Shown here one piece after another: positions 1 to 11,186 of a stretch of 64,000 nucleotides of DNA. The position numbers and the translations under genes are program-made. Positions within the stretch are counted from its first letter, which is position 1; the number at the start of each line of letters is the position of its first letter. The stretch covers positions 24,548 through 88,547 of the forward strand of contig CACKXS010000002.1 of the NCBI GenBank assembly GCA_902604305.1, read 5' to 3'. The stretch comes from an uncultured Pelagibacteraceae bacterium (GTDB lineage: Bacteria; Pseudomonadota; Alphaproteobacteria; Pelagibacterales; Pelagibacteraceae). The notes beneath the pieces were generated by a model, which worked only from the letters and a program-made list of their open reading frames with translations, was not told where the DNA came from and searched no databases.

Positions 1-1139
1 TGCCTGAAAATATTAACTTAAAAACAAATGGGAATCCATTAGATCATGTAGATAATTGGAAAAATATTATTATAGATGGAAAAAAGTACAAAAGAGAGAC
101 TGATACTTTGGATACATTTGTGGATTCATCCTGGTACTTTTTAAGATTTTGTTCTCCAAAAAATGAATCTGAAGGTTTTAACATGGAAGAGATCAAATAT
201 TGGATGCCTGTGGATCAATACATTGGTGGTGTTGAGCATGCAATCTTACATTTACTTTATTCTAGATTTTTTATGCAGGCAATTAATTTTAATCAAGAAG
301 AATTTAATATTACTGAACCTTTTAGTGGTTTATTCACACAGGGTATGGTTTGTCATGAGACTTATAAGGATCAAGATGGTAATTGGTTGAGCCCAGAGGA
401 ATACGAAAATATAAAAGATAAAAAAATCATTGTTGGACCTCCAGAATCGATGTCAAAATCAAAAAAAAATACAATTGATCCTGAAAATATAATTAATAAT
501 TATGGAGCTGATGCGGTAAGACTATTTATTCTTTCTGATAGTCCACCTGAAAAAGACGTTCAATGGTCAGAAACTGGAATGTTGTCTTCTTATAAGTTTA
601 TTCAAAAACTTTGGAATTTACACGAAAAATTTAAAAGCAGGATTGAAGAAAACTCTAATAAAAAAGATGATGAAATTGCAATCTTTACCAATCAAATGAT
701 AGAAAAAATAAATTATAATTTAGAAAAATTTCACTATAATGTAATTATAGCTAATTTATACGAAGCGTATAATTTTTTTAATAAAAAATTAGATACTAGC
801 ATAAACAAACAAACTATCCTGAAAAATTATATTAAATTTTTGTCAATAATTTCGCCTATAATTCCACATTTTTCTTCAGAATGTCTTGATGATATAAAGT
901 CAAATTCTTTACAAAAGTGGCCTGAAGTTGATGAAAATTTAATTAAAAAAGATACAGTTCAATATGTGATACAAATTAATGGAAAAAAAAGAGCTATACT
1001 TAAATACATGAAAGATATTTCAGAGGAAGAATTAATTAAAGAAATTAAAAATAATCAGAATACAAAAAAAATTATTCAAAATAAAAAAATAAATAAATGT
1101 TTTTTTGTAAAAAACAGATTAATAAATATTTTAATATAA
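1..1139 (+). CDS. leuS: Leucine--tRNA ligase, 5' part outside window
   Basis: Frame open from base 3 (…[15 protein letters not shown]); [17 protein letters not shown]; KMSKS-like SMSKSKKN; C-terminal QINGK. Confidence 0.97.
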   Translation, partial: PENINLKTNGNPLDHVDNWKNIIIDGKKYKRETDTLDTFVDSSWYFLRFCSPKNESEGFNMEEIKYWMPVDQYIGGVEHAILHLLYSRFFMQAINFNQEEFNITEPFSGLFTQGMVCHETYKDQDGNWLSPEEYENIKDKKIIVGPPESMSKSKKNTIDPENIINNYGADAVRLFILSDSPPEKDVQWSETGMLSSYKFIQKLWNLHEKFKSRIEENSNKKDDEIAIFTNQMIEKINYNLEKFHYNVIIANLYEAYNFFNKKLDTSINKQTILKNYIKFLSIISPIIPHFSSECLDDIKSNSLQKWPEVDENLIKKDTVQYVIQINGKKRAILKYMKDISEEELIKEIKNNQNTKKIIQNKKINKCFFVKNRLINILI

Positions 1140-1597
1140 TGATTAAAAAAAATTTAATTAAAGTTTTAATATTGCTATTTTTTGTTTCAGCTTGTGGCTA
1201 CACACCAATTTATACAAGTAAAAATTCTAACTTTGCAATAACTCAATTAAGTACAACTGGAAATAATAAATTAAATCGAATTATAAGTGAAAAACTAGCA
1301 AATTATAAAGACGCTGATGCTAATAAGCAATTAACTTTAACTGTCAACACTTTGTTAAATAAAGAAGTTTCTTCAAAAGACACTAAGGGAAATCCAAAAA
1401 CTTATCGAATAAATTTAAAATCTAATATTGTAATTATAGACTCAAAAGGAAATGAAAAAAATAAATTATTTATAAAATCAATAGACTATAATAATAAAAA
1501 TAATAAATCTGATCTTAAAAAATTAGAAAATGAAACTTCAAAAATTCTTGCAACAAAAATAGCAGAAGAGATTATAGTTTATTTGCAATCAATTTAA
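1139..1597 (+). CDS. lptE: LPS assembly lipoprotein LptE
   Basis: Lipobox VSACGY; leuS-lptE-holA order; ATG at 1139 overlaps the leuS stop (TAATG). Confidence 0.85.
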   Translation: MIKKNLIKVLILLFFVSACGYTPIYTSKNSNFAITQLSTTGNNKLNRIISEKLANYKDADANKQLTLTVNTLLNKEVSSKDTKGNPKTYRINLKSNIVIIDSKGNEKNKLFIKSIDYNNKNNKSDLKKLENETSKILATKIAEEIIVYLQSI

Positions 1598-1603
1598 AAG
1601 AAA

Positions 1604-2587
1604 ATGATAATTAAAGCATATGAACATCAAAAAATAAAAAAAATAAAAAACAATATTTTTTTATTTTATGGTGAAAATGATGGCTACAAAAGTCATGTTA
1701 TTAAAGATGTTTTTGTCGCTAATTTTAAAGGAAACATAGAACGTTTTGATGAAAATGAAATATTAAATAATTTTGAAAGTTTTATATCGAGCCTTATAAA
1801 CAAGTCTTTTTTTGATGAATCAAAATTAATTTTAGTTTCAAGAGTTAGTGAAAAAATAACAATATTAGTTAATGAAATATTAGAGAGAGAAATAAAAGAT
1901 ATAACTTTTGTTTTAAATGCCGGTAGTTTGGAAAAAAAATCAAAAATAAGAAAAATATTTGAAAAAGAAAAAAACTTAATTTGTGTACCATTTTACAAAG
2001 ATGATGATCGGACTCTTATACAAATTGCAAATAATTTTTTTAGAAATAATCAAATACCAATATCACAAGAAATAGTTAACTTAATTGTAGAACGAAGCAG
2101 TGGAGATAGAATAAACTTAAATAATGAGTTAAATAAAATATCCTTTTTTATATTAAATAAAAAGAAAATTACTATTGATGAAGTTATTAAACTAACTAAT
2201 TTGGCAGAGAATTATAGTATTTCAGAACTGGCTGATAATTGCCTTTCAAAAAATATAAAAAAAATAAATAAAATTTTTAATGAAAATGTTTTTTCAGTAG
2301 AGGATTGTATATTAATTGTTAGAACTTTATTATCAAAATCAAAAAGACTTTTAGAAATAAAAAAGATTAATAATTCAAATAAAAATTTAGAGCAAATAAT
2401 TTCAAATTATAAACCACCTATTTTTTGGAAGGACAAAGAAATAGTCAAAAGCCAAGCTTTAAAATGGAGCCTAAAAGATACTGAAAAGTTAATCTATAAA
2501 ATACAAAATATTGAATTAATTATTAAAAAAAATTATCATAGCTCTCTAAATATAGTTTCAGATTTTATACTTAATACAGCAAGATAA
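1604..2587 (+). CDS. holA: DNA polymerase III delta subunit
   Basis: FLFYGEN, SFFDESKLILV, PPIFWK motifs; synteny. Confidence 0.92.
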   Translation: MIIKAYEHQKIKKIKNNIFLFYGENDGYKSHVIKDVFVANFKGNIERFDENEILNNFESFISSLINKSFFDESKLILVSRVSEKITILVNEILEREIKDITFVLNAGSLEKKSKIRKIFEKEKNLICVPFYKDDDRTLIQIANNFFRNNQIPISQEIVNLIVERSSGDRINLNNELNKISFFILNKKKITIDEVIKLTNLAENYSISELADNCLSKNIKKINKIFNENVFSVEDCILIVRTLLSKSKRLLEIKKINNSNKNLEQIISNYKPPIFWKDKEIVKSQALKWSLKDTEKLIYKIQNIELIIKKNYHSSLNIVSDFILNTAR

Positions 2588-3439
2588 TTAGTAGTTTGCT
2601 TTAATTACCATTATCAGTCTGTTTAATTGATCAAGGTCTTTATATTCAAAAGTAACCTGACCAGAGTTATTTTTTTTATTTCTAATAAAAACCTTAATTC
2701 CAGTTTTTTCCTCAATTCCAGATTCTAAACTTATAAGATTTGGGTTTTTGCTTATTTTTCCTTTGCTTTTACTACTTTTTAAACTTCTGATTAAACTTTC
2801 AGCTTGTCTTACTGACAATTTTTTTTCAATTATCTTGTTTGCTAAAAAATATGCATTATCAAGACCAACGAGTACTTTTGCATGACCTTGTGAAATTTTA
2901 TTTTCTTCGATAAGCAAAATAACTTCTTTTGGGAGAGAAAGCATTCTTAGAAAGTTGGCTACATGCGATCTACTCTTTCCTATAAACTTTGATACTTTTT
3001 CTTGGTCATAGTTGAAGTCATCAATTAGTTTTCTGTAACCCAAGGCTTCCTCAACTGGGTTTAAATCACTTCTTTGAACGTTTTCAACAATTGCAAACTC
3101 TAATGATTTTAAATTATCCGCCTCAACTTCAACTACCGGCACCTCATGAAGTCCTGCATTCTGAGCTGCCTGCCATCTTCTTTCGCCAGCAATTATTTCA
3201 AATTTATTAATTTGATCGGCAGCTCTTCTAACTATTATTGGCTGTATAATTCCTCTTTCTTTAATTGAATTTGTAAGTTCCTCCATTTTCTTAATATCAA
3301 AATTTTTTCTGGGTTGAAATTTATTTCTGATAATTGAACTTATGGATACTTTATTTTTTATTGGTTTTGAGTCTGCGTCACCTATTAATGAAGACAATCC
3401 TCTACCTAACCCTTTTTTTGTTTTAAATGGATTCATCAT
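2588..3439 (-). CDS. parB: ParB chromosome partitioning protein
   Basis: GLGRGL, QPRK, GIIQPI, AGERRWQA, ENVQRSDL, HTH region GKSRSHVAN. Confidence 0.97.
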   Translation of the reverse strand: MMNPFKTKKGLGRGLSSLIGDADSKPIKNKVSISSIIRNKFQPRKNFDIKKMEELTNSIKERGIIQPIIVRRAADQINKFEIIAGERRWQAAQNAGLHEVPVVEVEADNLKSLEFAIVENVQRSDLNPVEEALGYRKLIDDFNYDQEKVSKFIGKSRSHVANFLRMLSLPKEVILLIEENKISQGHAKVLVGLDNAYFLANKIIEKKLSVRQAESLIRSLKSSKSKGKISKNPNLISLESGIEEKTGIKVFIRNKKNNSGQVTFEYKDLDQLNRLIMVIKANY

Positions 3440-4236
3440 GCAGCACTCTCCACTAGCTTATCTTGGTTTAAAAATTCTTCTGTAAACATAAAATATGATT
3501 TACTTCCCGGACAATTTTTATCATAAAGTAGTACCGGCACTCCATGAGATGGTGCTTCTGATAATCTTACATTTCTAGGGACCACTGTTTGATATACTTT
3601 TGCTTTAAAATAATTCCTAGCATCCTGTTCTACCTGACTAGATAACTTATTTCTTTTATCATACATCGTAAGAAGGATACCTCGTATGTTAAGAGTTGGA
3701 TTTAAGTTTGACTTAATCCTTTCTATTGTCTTCATCAACTGAGTAAGACCCTCTAAAGCAAAAAATTCTGTTTGTAATGGAACCACGAGTTCGTCAGAAG
3801 CAACCAATGCCATAATTGTTATAAGACTAAGAGACGGAGGGCAATCAATGAGTATGTAATCATAAGATGGCTCAGAATCATTAAAAATAGAGGTTAATTC
3901 GTCCTTTAGTTTAAAGGCTCTTCGGCTATCTCCCGCCGTCTCTACCTCTATACCTGAAAGATCGACGTTTGATGTAACTAAATTCAGATTTTCAAACTTA
4001 GTTGGTTGAATAACCTCTGAAATTTTTTTATTTCCATTAAGCACACTATAAATTGTTAGTTCTGTATTTTCTGTATTAGATAGCCCAAGCCCTGTTGTGG
4101 CATTTCCTTGTGGATCTAGGTCTACTACTAAAATTTTTTTTCCTTTCATAGTCAAGCCTGCTGCTAAATTAATTACAGTAGTAGTTTTTCCCACTCCACC
4201 TTTCTGATTAATTATTGAAATAATTTTTTTATCCAT
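3436..4236 (-). CDS. parA: ParA/Soj ATPase
   Basis: NQKGGVGKTT, DLDPQGNAT, IDCPPSL, PRNVRLSEAPSHG. Confidence 0.97.
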   Translation of the reverse strand: MDKKIISIINQKGGVGKTTTVINLAAGLTMKGKKILVVDLDPQGNATTGLGLSNTENTELTIYSVLNGNKKISEVIQPTKFENLNLVTSNVDLSGIEVETAGDSRRAFKLKDELTSIFNDSEPSYDYILIDCPPSLSLITIMALVASDELVVPLQTEFFALEGLTQLMKTIERIKSNLNPTLNIRGILLTMYDKRNKLSSQVEQDARNYFKAKVYQTVVPRNVRLSEAPSHGVPVLLYDKNCPGSKSYFMFTEEFLNQDKLVESAA

Positions 4237-4872
4237 TTTTTTTTTTTAAATTCCAAATTTTTACTACTAACGATTGATCGCTTGTTAAACTTTTTTTTCT
4301 TCATAGTTAAATTTCCAATTCTTTGATGCATCCTTTAAATTTTCTTTTCCACTTTTTCCTAAAAACATAATTATATATTTAAATTTTCTAAAGTTGTTTG
4401 ACGCTATTTCAAAAATTACCTGCAAGGGTTTGAATGCTCTTGAAATTATAATATCTGTTTGTAAATTCTTTTCTTGAAAAATATTTTTTCTATTAATTTC
4501 TGTGTTTAATTTAAATTTTTTTGAAATTTCTTTCAGGAAATTGCTTTTGTGGTAGCTTTTTTCATAAAAAATCACTTTAAACTGAGGTTTTTTTGATTTC
4601 ATCAAAATAGCCAAGACTATGCCTGGTAACCCTGCTCCTGATCCTAAATCAGTACATACCTTAATATCATTTTTATCAATAAAATCAATGCTTTGTGCAC
4701 TATCTATTATATGCCTTGTGTTTATTGACTTTTCCGTCCCTGAGCTTATCAGATTTATATCTTTATTTTTTTTTATAATCGACAAACTGTATTTATTAAG
4801 TTCATCCAGAGTTTCACGTGAAACATTTTGAATGTTTAGTTTTGAGTTTTTTATAAAATCCGAATCAATCAA
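4229..4872 (-). CDS. rsmG: 16S rRNA m7G527 methyltransferase RsmG/GidB, apparent frameshift near the 3' end
   Basis: [20 protein letters not shown]. The ORF stops at 4285, but a shifted frame after the A8 run (4291-4298) gives [20 protein letters not shown] ending at 4229. Confidence 0.9.
4810..4825. promoter_or_regulatory. parS centromere-like site inside rsmG
   Basis: AGTTTCACGTGAAACA, 15/16 match to TGTTTCACGTGAAACA, near parAB. Confidence 0.88.
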
Positions 4873-6740
4873 GCTATATGCTTAATAGACTTTCTTTTTA
4901 GATGAGACAACAAAATATATACAGCAGCTGGTGTAATTCCATCAATTCTTAACGCCTGGCCCATAGTTTTGGGTCTTATTTTCTTAAATTTCGACTTAAC
5001 TTCATTAGATAGACCTGAAAAAATATCATAGTCAATATTTTCAGGTATAATAAGATTTTCATCCCTTTTAAATGCTAAAATATCAGCATTTTGCTTCTTT
5101 AAATATCCTCTATAGTGTGAATTTATCTCCAATTGCTCATCAATTTCACGTGAAACATATGTAATTTCAGGCCAAATTTCCCGTATTTTAGACATATTTA
5201 CAGATTTTTGGCTCAATATCTGATTAGCATTTCTGCTTACACCATCTTTTGCAATATTTACTCCGAAATTGGCCACTTTCGAAGGGGAAATATTCAATTT
5301 ATCCATTATATCCTGAGTTTTTTTGAGTTTAGAGTACTTCTCTAAATACAATACTTTTCTCTCATCAAGCACCAGTCCTATATTTATTCCTTTTTGGGTA
5401 AGTCTAATGTCTGCATTATCAGATCTTAGGGATAGTCTATATTCAGCCCTAGAAGTAAACATTCTATATGGTTCAGCAACTCCTTTTGTAACAAGATCAT
5501 CTATCATTACGCCAATATATGCTTCAGATCTATCTAAAATAAAAGGTTCGCTTCCCTTTAATGATAGAGCAGAATTAACTCCAGCTATTAGACCCTGGGC
5601 AGCTGCCTCTTCATATCCTGTGGTTCCATTAATTTGACCTGCTAGATATAAATTTTTAATTTTTTTAGTCTCTAAAGTCAAAAATAACTCTCTTGGATCC
5701 ACAAAATCATACTCAATAGCATATCCTGGCCTTAATATTTTTACATTCTCTAAACCATTGATTTTACAACATATTTCTTGCTGTACTTCAGCTGGTAGCG
5801 ATGTGGATATACCATTTGGATAAACCGTATGGTCATTAAGCCCTTCAGGCTCTAGAAAAATTTGATGTCTTTGCTTTTCAGCAAACTTAACAATTTTATC
5901 TTCTATAGATGGGCAGTACCTTGGACCGACCCCCTGTATACTTCCTGAGTACATAGCGCTTCGTTTTATGTTCTTTGAAATAATTTTATGAACAGACTCA
6001 TTCGTATAAGTCATCCGACATGAAATTTGCCTATTTAAATTTTTTTTTGTTAGAAAAGAAAAAAAATAAGGATCATCGTCTGCAAACTGTTCTTCTAAGT
6101 TATTAAAATTAATTGTTCTAGAATCTAGTCTTGGAGGTGTACCCGTCTTAAGTCTTCCAATTTTAAAGTTAAGTTTTTTTAATTGTTCACTCAAACCTGT
6201 TGTGGGCTTTTCATTATACCGACCAGCTGGAGTTTGTTTTTCACCTACATGAATCAATCCATTTAAAAAAGTGCCAGTTGTTAGTACTAACTTCGTTGTT
6301 TTAATTTTTTTGCCTGATTGTGTTATGAATCCCTTTATACTGTTTTTCTCAAATATAAACTCAACTACAGGATCTGAAAATACGCTTAAATTACAATAGT
6401 TTAGAAGTTTTTCTTGCATATATCTTTTATATAGTGATCTATCACTTTGAGTTCTAGGTCCTCTAACTGCTGGTCCTCTACTTCTATTTAGCAATCTAAA
6501 TTGAATACCAGATTTGTCAGCAATGTCGCCCATTACTCCATCTAATGCATCTATTTCTCTAACCAAATGTCCTTTTCCTAATCCACCAATAGCTGGATTA
6601 CAAGACATCTCACCTATTGTCTCAATTTTATTTGTAAACAGTGCGGTGTTAACACCTAATCTTGCTGCAGCTGCTGCTGCTTCACATCCTGCATGTCCTC
6701 CACCTATAACAACAACATCAAATTTTGATTCATTTTTCAT
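4869..6740 (-). CDS. mnmG: tRNA uridine 5-carboxymethylaminomethyl modification enzyme MnmG/GidA
   Basis: [56 protein letters not shown]. Confidence 0.98.
   Translation of the reverse strand: MKNESKFDVVVIGGGHAGCEAAAAAARLGVNTALFTNKIETIGEMSCNPAIGGLGKGHLVREIDALDGVMGDIADKSGIQFRLLNRSRGPAVRGPRTQSDRSLYKRYMQEKLLNYCNLSVFSDPVVEFIFEKNSIKGFITQSGKKIKTTKLVLTTGTFLNGLIHVGEKQTPAGRYNEKPTTGLSEQLKKLNFKIGRLKTGTPPRLDSRTINFNNLEEQFADDDPYFFSFLTKKNLNRQISCRMTYTNESVHKIISKNIKRSAMYSGSIQGVGPRYCPSIEDKIVKFAEKQRHQIFLEPEGLNDHTVYPNGISTSLPAEVQQEICCKINGLENVKILRPGYAIEYDFVDPRELFLTLETKKIKNLYLAGQINGTTGYEEAAAQGLIAGVNSALSLKGSEPFILDRSEAYIGVMIDDLVTKGVAEPYRMFTSRAEYRLSLRSDNADIRLTQKGINIGLVLDERKVLYLEKYSKLKKTQDIMDKLNISPSKVANFGVNIAKDGVSRNANQILSQKSVNMSKIREIWPEITYVSREIDEQLEINSHYRGYLKKQNADILAFKRDENLIIPENIDYDIFSGLSNEVKSKFKKIRPKTMGQALRIDGITPAAVYILLSHLKRKSIKHIA
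5142..5157. promoter_or_regulatory. Second parS site inside mnmG
   Basis: AATTTCACGTGAAACA, 14/16 match to the parS consensus. Confidence 0.75.
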
Positions 6741-6877
6741 AAATTAAACTTATAACTCAATTAAATATTTACAAGATCAGAGAAGAAATCTTAAAAAAAA
6801 CTTATAAAATGTTCTAAAAGGCTTATTTATCAAGAGAAATATCTCAATAATAGTAAAAAATCCTTATAAAAATAGCC

Positions 6878-8209
6878 TTATTTTCCTATACAAAAATCGT
6901 TGAAAATACTGCCTAATATCTCCTCTACATCGACTTTTCCAACAATTATTCCCAAATGTCTTGTTGCTAACCTTAAATCTTCGGCTCCCTTATCAAAATC
7001 TTCTGTATTATTTTTATTTTCAAAGTTTACTAAATGTTGAACGCATTTTTCTAAATGCTGTCTATGTCTTTCTCTTGTAATCAAAATATCATCTGAAATA
7101 ATGAATTTGTTTTTTAATTTAACTTTGATCGTTGCAATTAGCTCATCAATATTTTTTTCATTTTTTAAAGAAATCAAAATAGGATTTAATTTTTTTAACG
7201 TTGGACTCATATTGTCAATTCCTAAATCAGATTTATTTACAACAAATATGGCTTTTTCATTAACTAAATCATTTAAAAAGCCAGTAAAATCAACACTTTT
7301 AGGCTCAATCATTACTATATTCAAATCAGCTTTTTCGGCACTTTTTAATGCAAGTTTAATGCCTTTTTTTTCTATTTCATCCTTAGACTCTCTTATGCCA
7401 GCAGTATCAGAAATTATTACTGGAAAACCATCAATGTTTAGATGGGTTTCTATTACATCTCTTGTAGTTCCAGCAATTTCTGAAACTATTGCCACATCTC
7501 TTTTTGAAAGATAATTTAATAAAGAAGATTTTCCAGCATTAGTTGGTCCAACTATAGCAATTTTAAAACCTTCTCTAATTCTTTCGCCAACTTTTTGATC
7601 TTTTAATAGTTTCTGAATTTCTTCTTTTATTTTTTTTGAAGAACTTTTGATATCTCTTAAGATATTATCTGGAAGATTTTCTTCTGGAAAATCTATTTTA
7701 GCTTCTACATTTGATAAAATTTTTAATAAGTTCTTTCTCCACTCATTATACTTTTTAGAACTTTTTCCAGACATAATTTTAATTGCTTGTTGTCTTTGAA
7801 TTTCTGTTTCTGATGAAATTAAATCCGAAATACTTTCGGCTTTAAGTAAATTTATTTTTCCATTTTGAAATGCAATTTTAGTAAACTCACCAGGCTCAGC
7901 AATTCTACAATTTTCAACTTTTGAAATTGAGTTATGGATAGCTTCGATTACTGCTCTGCTGCCATGGACATGGAATTCCGCCATATCTTCCCCTGTGTAG
8001 CTCTCAGGTCCAGGGAACCATATAATTATACCTTCGTCTATAAGCTCATTAGTGTTGATTTTATTGAGTTTTCTCAATGTAGCCATTCTGGGTAAAGGAA
8101 TCTCTTCTTTTGTCATTTTCGCTATAACTATTTTAGTTTCAGGACCAGATATTCTAATGACAGCTATACCTGAAACACCGGGGCCTGAAGATAATGCATA
8201 AATAGTCAT
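6878..8209 (-). CDS. mnmE: tRNA modification GTPase MnmE/TrmE
   Basis: SYTGED, GPTNAGKSS, GTTRD, DTAG, NKSD, terminal FCIGK. Confidence 0.98.
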   Translation of the reverse strand: MTIYALSSGPGVSGIAVIRISGPETKIVIAKMTKEEIPLPRMATLRKLNKINTNELIDEGIIIWFPGPESYTGEDMAEFHVHGSRAVIEAIHNSISKVENCRIAEPGEFTKIAFQNGKINLLKAESISDLISSETEIQRQQAIKIMSGKSSKKYNEWRKNLLKILSNVEAKIDFPEENLPDNILRDIKSSSKKIKEEIQKLLKDQKVGERIREGFKIAIVGPTNAGKSSLLNYLSKRDVAIVSEIAGTTRDVIETHLNIDGFPVIISDTAGIRESKDEIEKKGIKLALKSAEKADLNIVMIEPKSVDFTGFLNDLVNEKAIFVVNKSDLGIDNMSPTLKKLNPILISLKNEKNIDELIATIKVKLKNKFIISDDILITRERHRQHLEKCVQHLVNFENKNNTEDFDKGAEDLRLATRHLGIIVGKVDVEEILGSIFNDFCIGK

Positions 8210-8245
8210 CGGCCTAGTATAGCTAAATTTAAATTTTAAGAAATA

Positions 8246-9799
8246 TTATTTATAATCTAATTGATGAAAATACTTTTCAAGATTTTTTGAATAAAATTTA
8301 CTTGAGTCTATTGATGTTTTATAAATTGGTTTTCTTGCTTGAAAAGTACTTACTGTTTTAATCATTGTTTTTTTACTTTTGTGGTGATTTAAACAATTTT
8401 CATCCCAATCAAGCTCACAAAAATTTAGAATTTTTCTTATTTCATCTTCGCTGTTATTTACAAGATTCTCATATTCGACATCATAAATAAAATCTCCACA
8501 TATTTCTTTCCAAAATTTCATATAATCATTGTAGATACTAAAATATTTAATAATCCCAGATGGATCATAAGTCCAGTCCATATCTTTTGAGGCAAAATTA
8601 TTTTTAAAATTTGATAAGAAAGTATCTTTTAAATTTCTTTTACTATGAATTATTTTAGCATTTTTAAAAAATAGTTTAATAAAACCAATCCATATAAAAT
8701 TTTGTGGTGCTTTGTCTATTGTTGTTAAAGAATTATTATTTAAATTTTTTAAATAGGCAAAATATTTATCGTTTACTATTGTATCATTTGATAACTGATG
8801 TTCATTAATTTTTTGAGTAAGCAATTTATTATCTTGTACAAAATATTGTTTTATAATTTTTCTTAAAAAATCAAGTTCTCCTGCTCCAAAAACTTCATGA
8901 TGTGCAGATAAAATTTGTTCTAAAAGTGTTGTTCCAGAACGAGGCAAACCGACTATAAAAATAATTTTTTTTGAATTTTTACTTTTTTTATTATTGCTTA
9001 TATCTATTTTTTCAAAATAATTTTTAATACTTTTAAATAATTTCTCTTCAGATTTAAAATCATAATTAACTAATTCTTTTCTATTTTTATTGGCTGATTC
9101 AAAGTATTTGATAGATAACTCATAATTTTTTTGATCGTCATATGCCTTGCCAATAGCAAATTCTAAGTCTGATTTCTCTTTTTTGTTTAAATTATCATTT
9201 TTATTTAAATTAATCATTTCTGAGAGATTTGAAGCATTTTCAGAATAATCATTTATTTTACTAATTGAAATGTGGGTTGGTATAAATTTTGAATTTATTT
9301 TTAGTGTATTTTTAAAAATATTATTAGCTTTTTCAAATTCACCTAAATTTTGATAAACTGATGCTAAGTTCAGCCAAATACTTAAATCATTTTTTATAAA
9401 TTTAAGTGCTTTTTGATAAAGTTCAATTGAGCTTTTAAAATCTAATAAAATATTTTTAAGGCGCGCATAGTTTACAAGGGCTGGTGGATTCTCAGAATTA
9501 TTTTTTAATATTTCCTTAAATATATTTTCAGCTTTCTCATATTGATTTAAATAAATAAAAGAATTTGCTAAATTGTTTTTGTGCCCTAAATCTTGTGGTT
9601 CAAGATCTATAGCTTTTTTAAAATAAGAAATTGAATTTTCTATATTATTTAACCTTTGGTGAGCTAAACCACATATATTGTACAAATATCCTTTATCATG
9701 ATATTTTTTTAATAGCTTTTCTGAATCTAAAACTACCTTATTAAATTTACCAGATTTTAGTTCTTTTAGAATTTGGTCTACTTTTTTATTCAATTCCAT
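8246..9799 (-). CDS. TPR-repeat sulfotransferase family protein
   Basis: N-terminal TPR-like helices; 5'-PSB loop IFIVGLPRSGTTLLEQIL; DKAPQN; YENLV; C-terminal KTVSTFQARKPIY. Confidence 0.88.
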   Translation of the reverse strand: MELNKKVDQILKELKSGKFNKVVLDSEKLLKKYHDKGYLYNICGLAHQRLNNIENSISYFKKAIDLEPQDLGHKNNLANSFIYLNQYEKAENIFKEILKNNSENPPALVNYARLKNILLDFKSSIELYQKALKFIKNDLSIWLNLASVYQNLGEFEKANNIFKNTLKINSKFIPTHISISKINDYSENASNLSEMINLNKNDNLNKKEKSDLEFAIGKAYDDQKNYELSIKYFESANKNRKELVNYDFKSEEKLFKSIKNYFEKIDISNNKKSKNSKKIIFIVGLPRSGTTLLEQILSAHHEVFGAGELDFLRKIIKQYFVQDNKLLTQKINEHQLSNDTIVNDKYFAYLKNLNNNSLTTIDKAPQNFIWIGFIKLFFKNAKIIHSKRNLKDTFLSNFKNNFASKDMDWTYDPSGIIKYFSIYNDYMKFWKEICGDFIYDVEYENLVNNSEDEIRKILNFCELDWDENCLNHHKSKKTMIKTVSTFQARKPIYKTSIDSSKFYSKNLEKYFHQLDYK

Positions 9800-9849
9800 A
9801 ATGAATTTTTAAATTAATTTAACTAATTTAAAAACAAATTAATAAAAAG

Positions 9850-11121
9850 TTAGGCTGGTTTATTCATAGAATTAAAGAATTCAGCATTATTCTTTGTATT
9901 TTTTAATTTTGAATTAAGAAACTCAATTGCATCCATTGGACCCATTGGAGCAATAATTCTTCTTAGAACATTCATTTTTTGTAAATCATTTTTATCAAAA
10001 AGCAATTCTTCTCTCCTTGTTCCCGACTTAGTAATATCAATAGCAGGAAATATTCTTTTTTCTGATATTTTTCTGTCTAAAATTGTCTCGCTGTTACCCG
10101 TTCCTTTAAATTCTTCAAATATAACTTCATCCATTCTGCTACCAGTATCGATTAATGCTGTAGCTATTATTGTTAATGATCCACCTTCTTCTATATTTCT
10201 TGCGGCACCAAAGAATCTTTTTGGCCTTTGCAGGGCATTTGCATCAACTCCACCAGTAAGTACTTTTCCTGAGCTAGGAACTACTGCGTTGTATGCTCTT
10301 CCTAGTCTTGTTATAGAGTCTAATAATATAACAACATCTTTTTTATGTTCAGTAAGTCTTTTTGCTTTTTCTATAACCATCTCAGCTACTCCAACATGTC
10401 TCTGTGCAGGCTCATCGAAAGTTGAACTTATAACTTCACCCTTAACAGTTCTTTGCATGTCTGTAACTTCTTCAGGTCTTTCATCAATTAACAATACCAT
10501 TAGATAACATTCTGGATGATTTGCAGTTATTGAATTGGCAATACTTTGAAGTATCATTGTTTTTCCAGCTTTAGGCGGAGATATTATTAAAGATCTTTGT
10601 CCCTTACCGATTGGACTTACTAGATCAATTAGCCTTGCAGTTAAGTCTGGTTTTTTTTCTACTTTGTTACTCTCTACTTCTAAAGTTACTTGTTTATTTG
10701 GGTATAATGGAGTTAAGTTGTCAAAAGCTATTTTATGTTTTGATTTTTCAGGTTCTTCAAAATTTATTTTGTTAACTTGTAATAAAGCAAAATATCTTTC
10801 ACCTGCTTTTGGAGCTCTGATAGGTCCTTCAACTGTATCTCCTGTTCTCAAGCCAAATTTTCTAATTTGATTAGGGCTTATATATATATCATCTGCACCA
10901 GGAAGATAATTTGACTCCATTGCCCGAAGGAAACCAAATCCATCTTGCAAAAGTTGAAGCACTCCTTCTCCAGTTATTTCTTCACCTTTCTCAGCAAGTT
11001 TTTTTAAAATTGCAAAATATATTTCTTGTCTTCTAAGAGTGCTGGCATTTTCTATACCTAACTTTTCAGCTTCATCAATCAACTGTTCTGAGCTTTTCTT
11101 TTTTAAATCTTGTATATTCAT
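9850..11121 (-). CDS. rho: Transcription termination factor Rho
   Basis: [43 protein letters not shown]. Confidence 0.99.
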   Translation of the reverse strand: MNIQDLKKKSSEQLIDEAEKLGIENASTLRRQEIYFAILKKLAEKGEEITGEGVLQLLQDGFGFLRAMESNYLPGADDIYISPNQIRKFGLRTGDTVEGPIRAPKAGERYFALLQVNKINFEEPEKSKHKIAFDNLTPLYPNKQVTLEVESNKVEKKPDLTARLIDLVSPIGKGQRSLIISPPKAGKTMILQSIANSITANHPECYLMVLLIDERPEEVTDMQRTVKGEVISSTFDEPAQRHVGVAEMVIEKAKRLTEHKKDVVILLDSITRLGRAYNAVVPSSGKVLTGGVDANALQRPKRFFGAARNIEEGGSLTIIATALIDTGSRMDEVIFEEFKGTGNSETILDRKISEKRIFPAIDITKSGTRREELLFDKNDLQKMNVLRRIIAPMGPMDAIEFLNSKLKNTKNNAEFFNSMNKPA

Positions 11122-11186
11122 AATTAAAGGGGGGTTATTAGATGCTAGATGGTCTCAATATATATATTATTATATAAATTTCAACC

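Noticed and set aside
6741-6877. Three CTTATAA copies in the mnmE-mnmG gap
   Set aside because: Irregular spacing and low complexity; not distinguishable from AT-rich background
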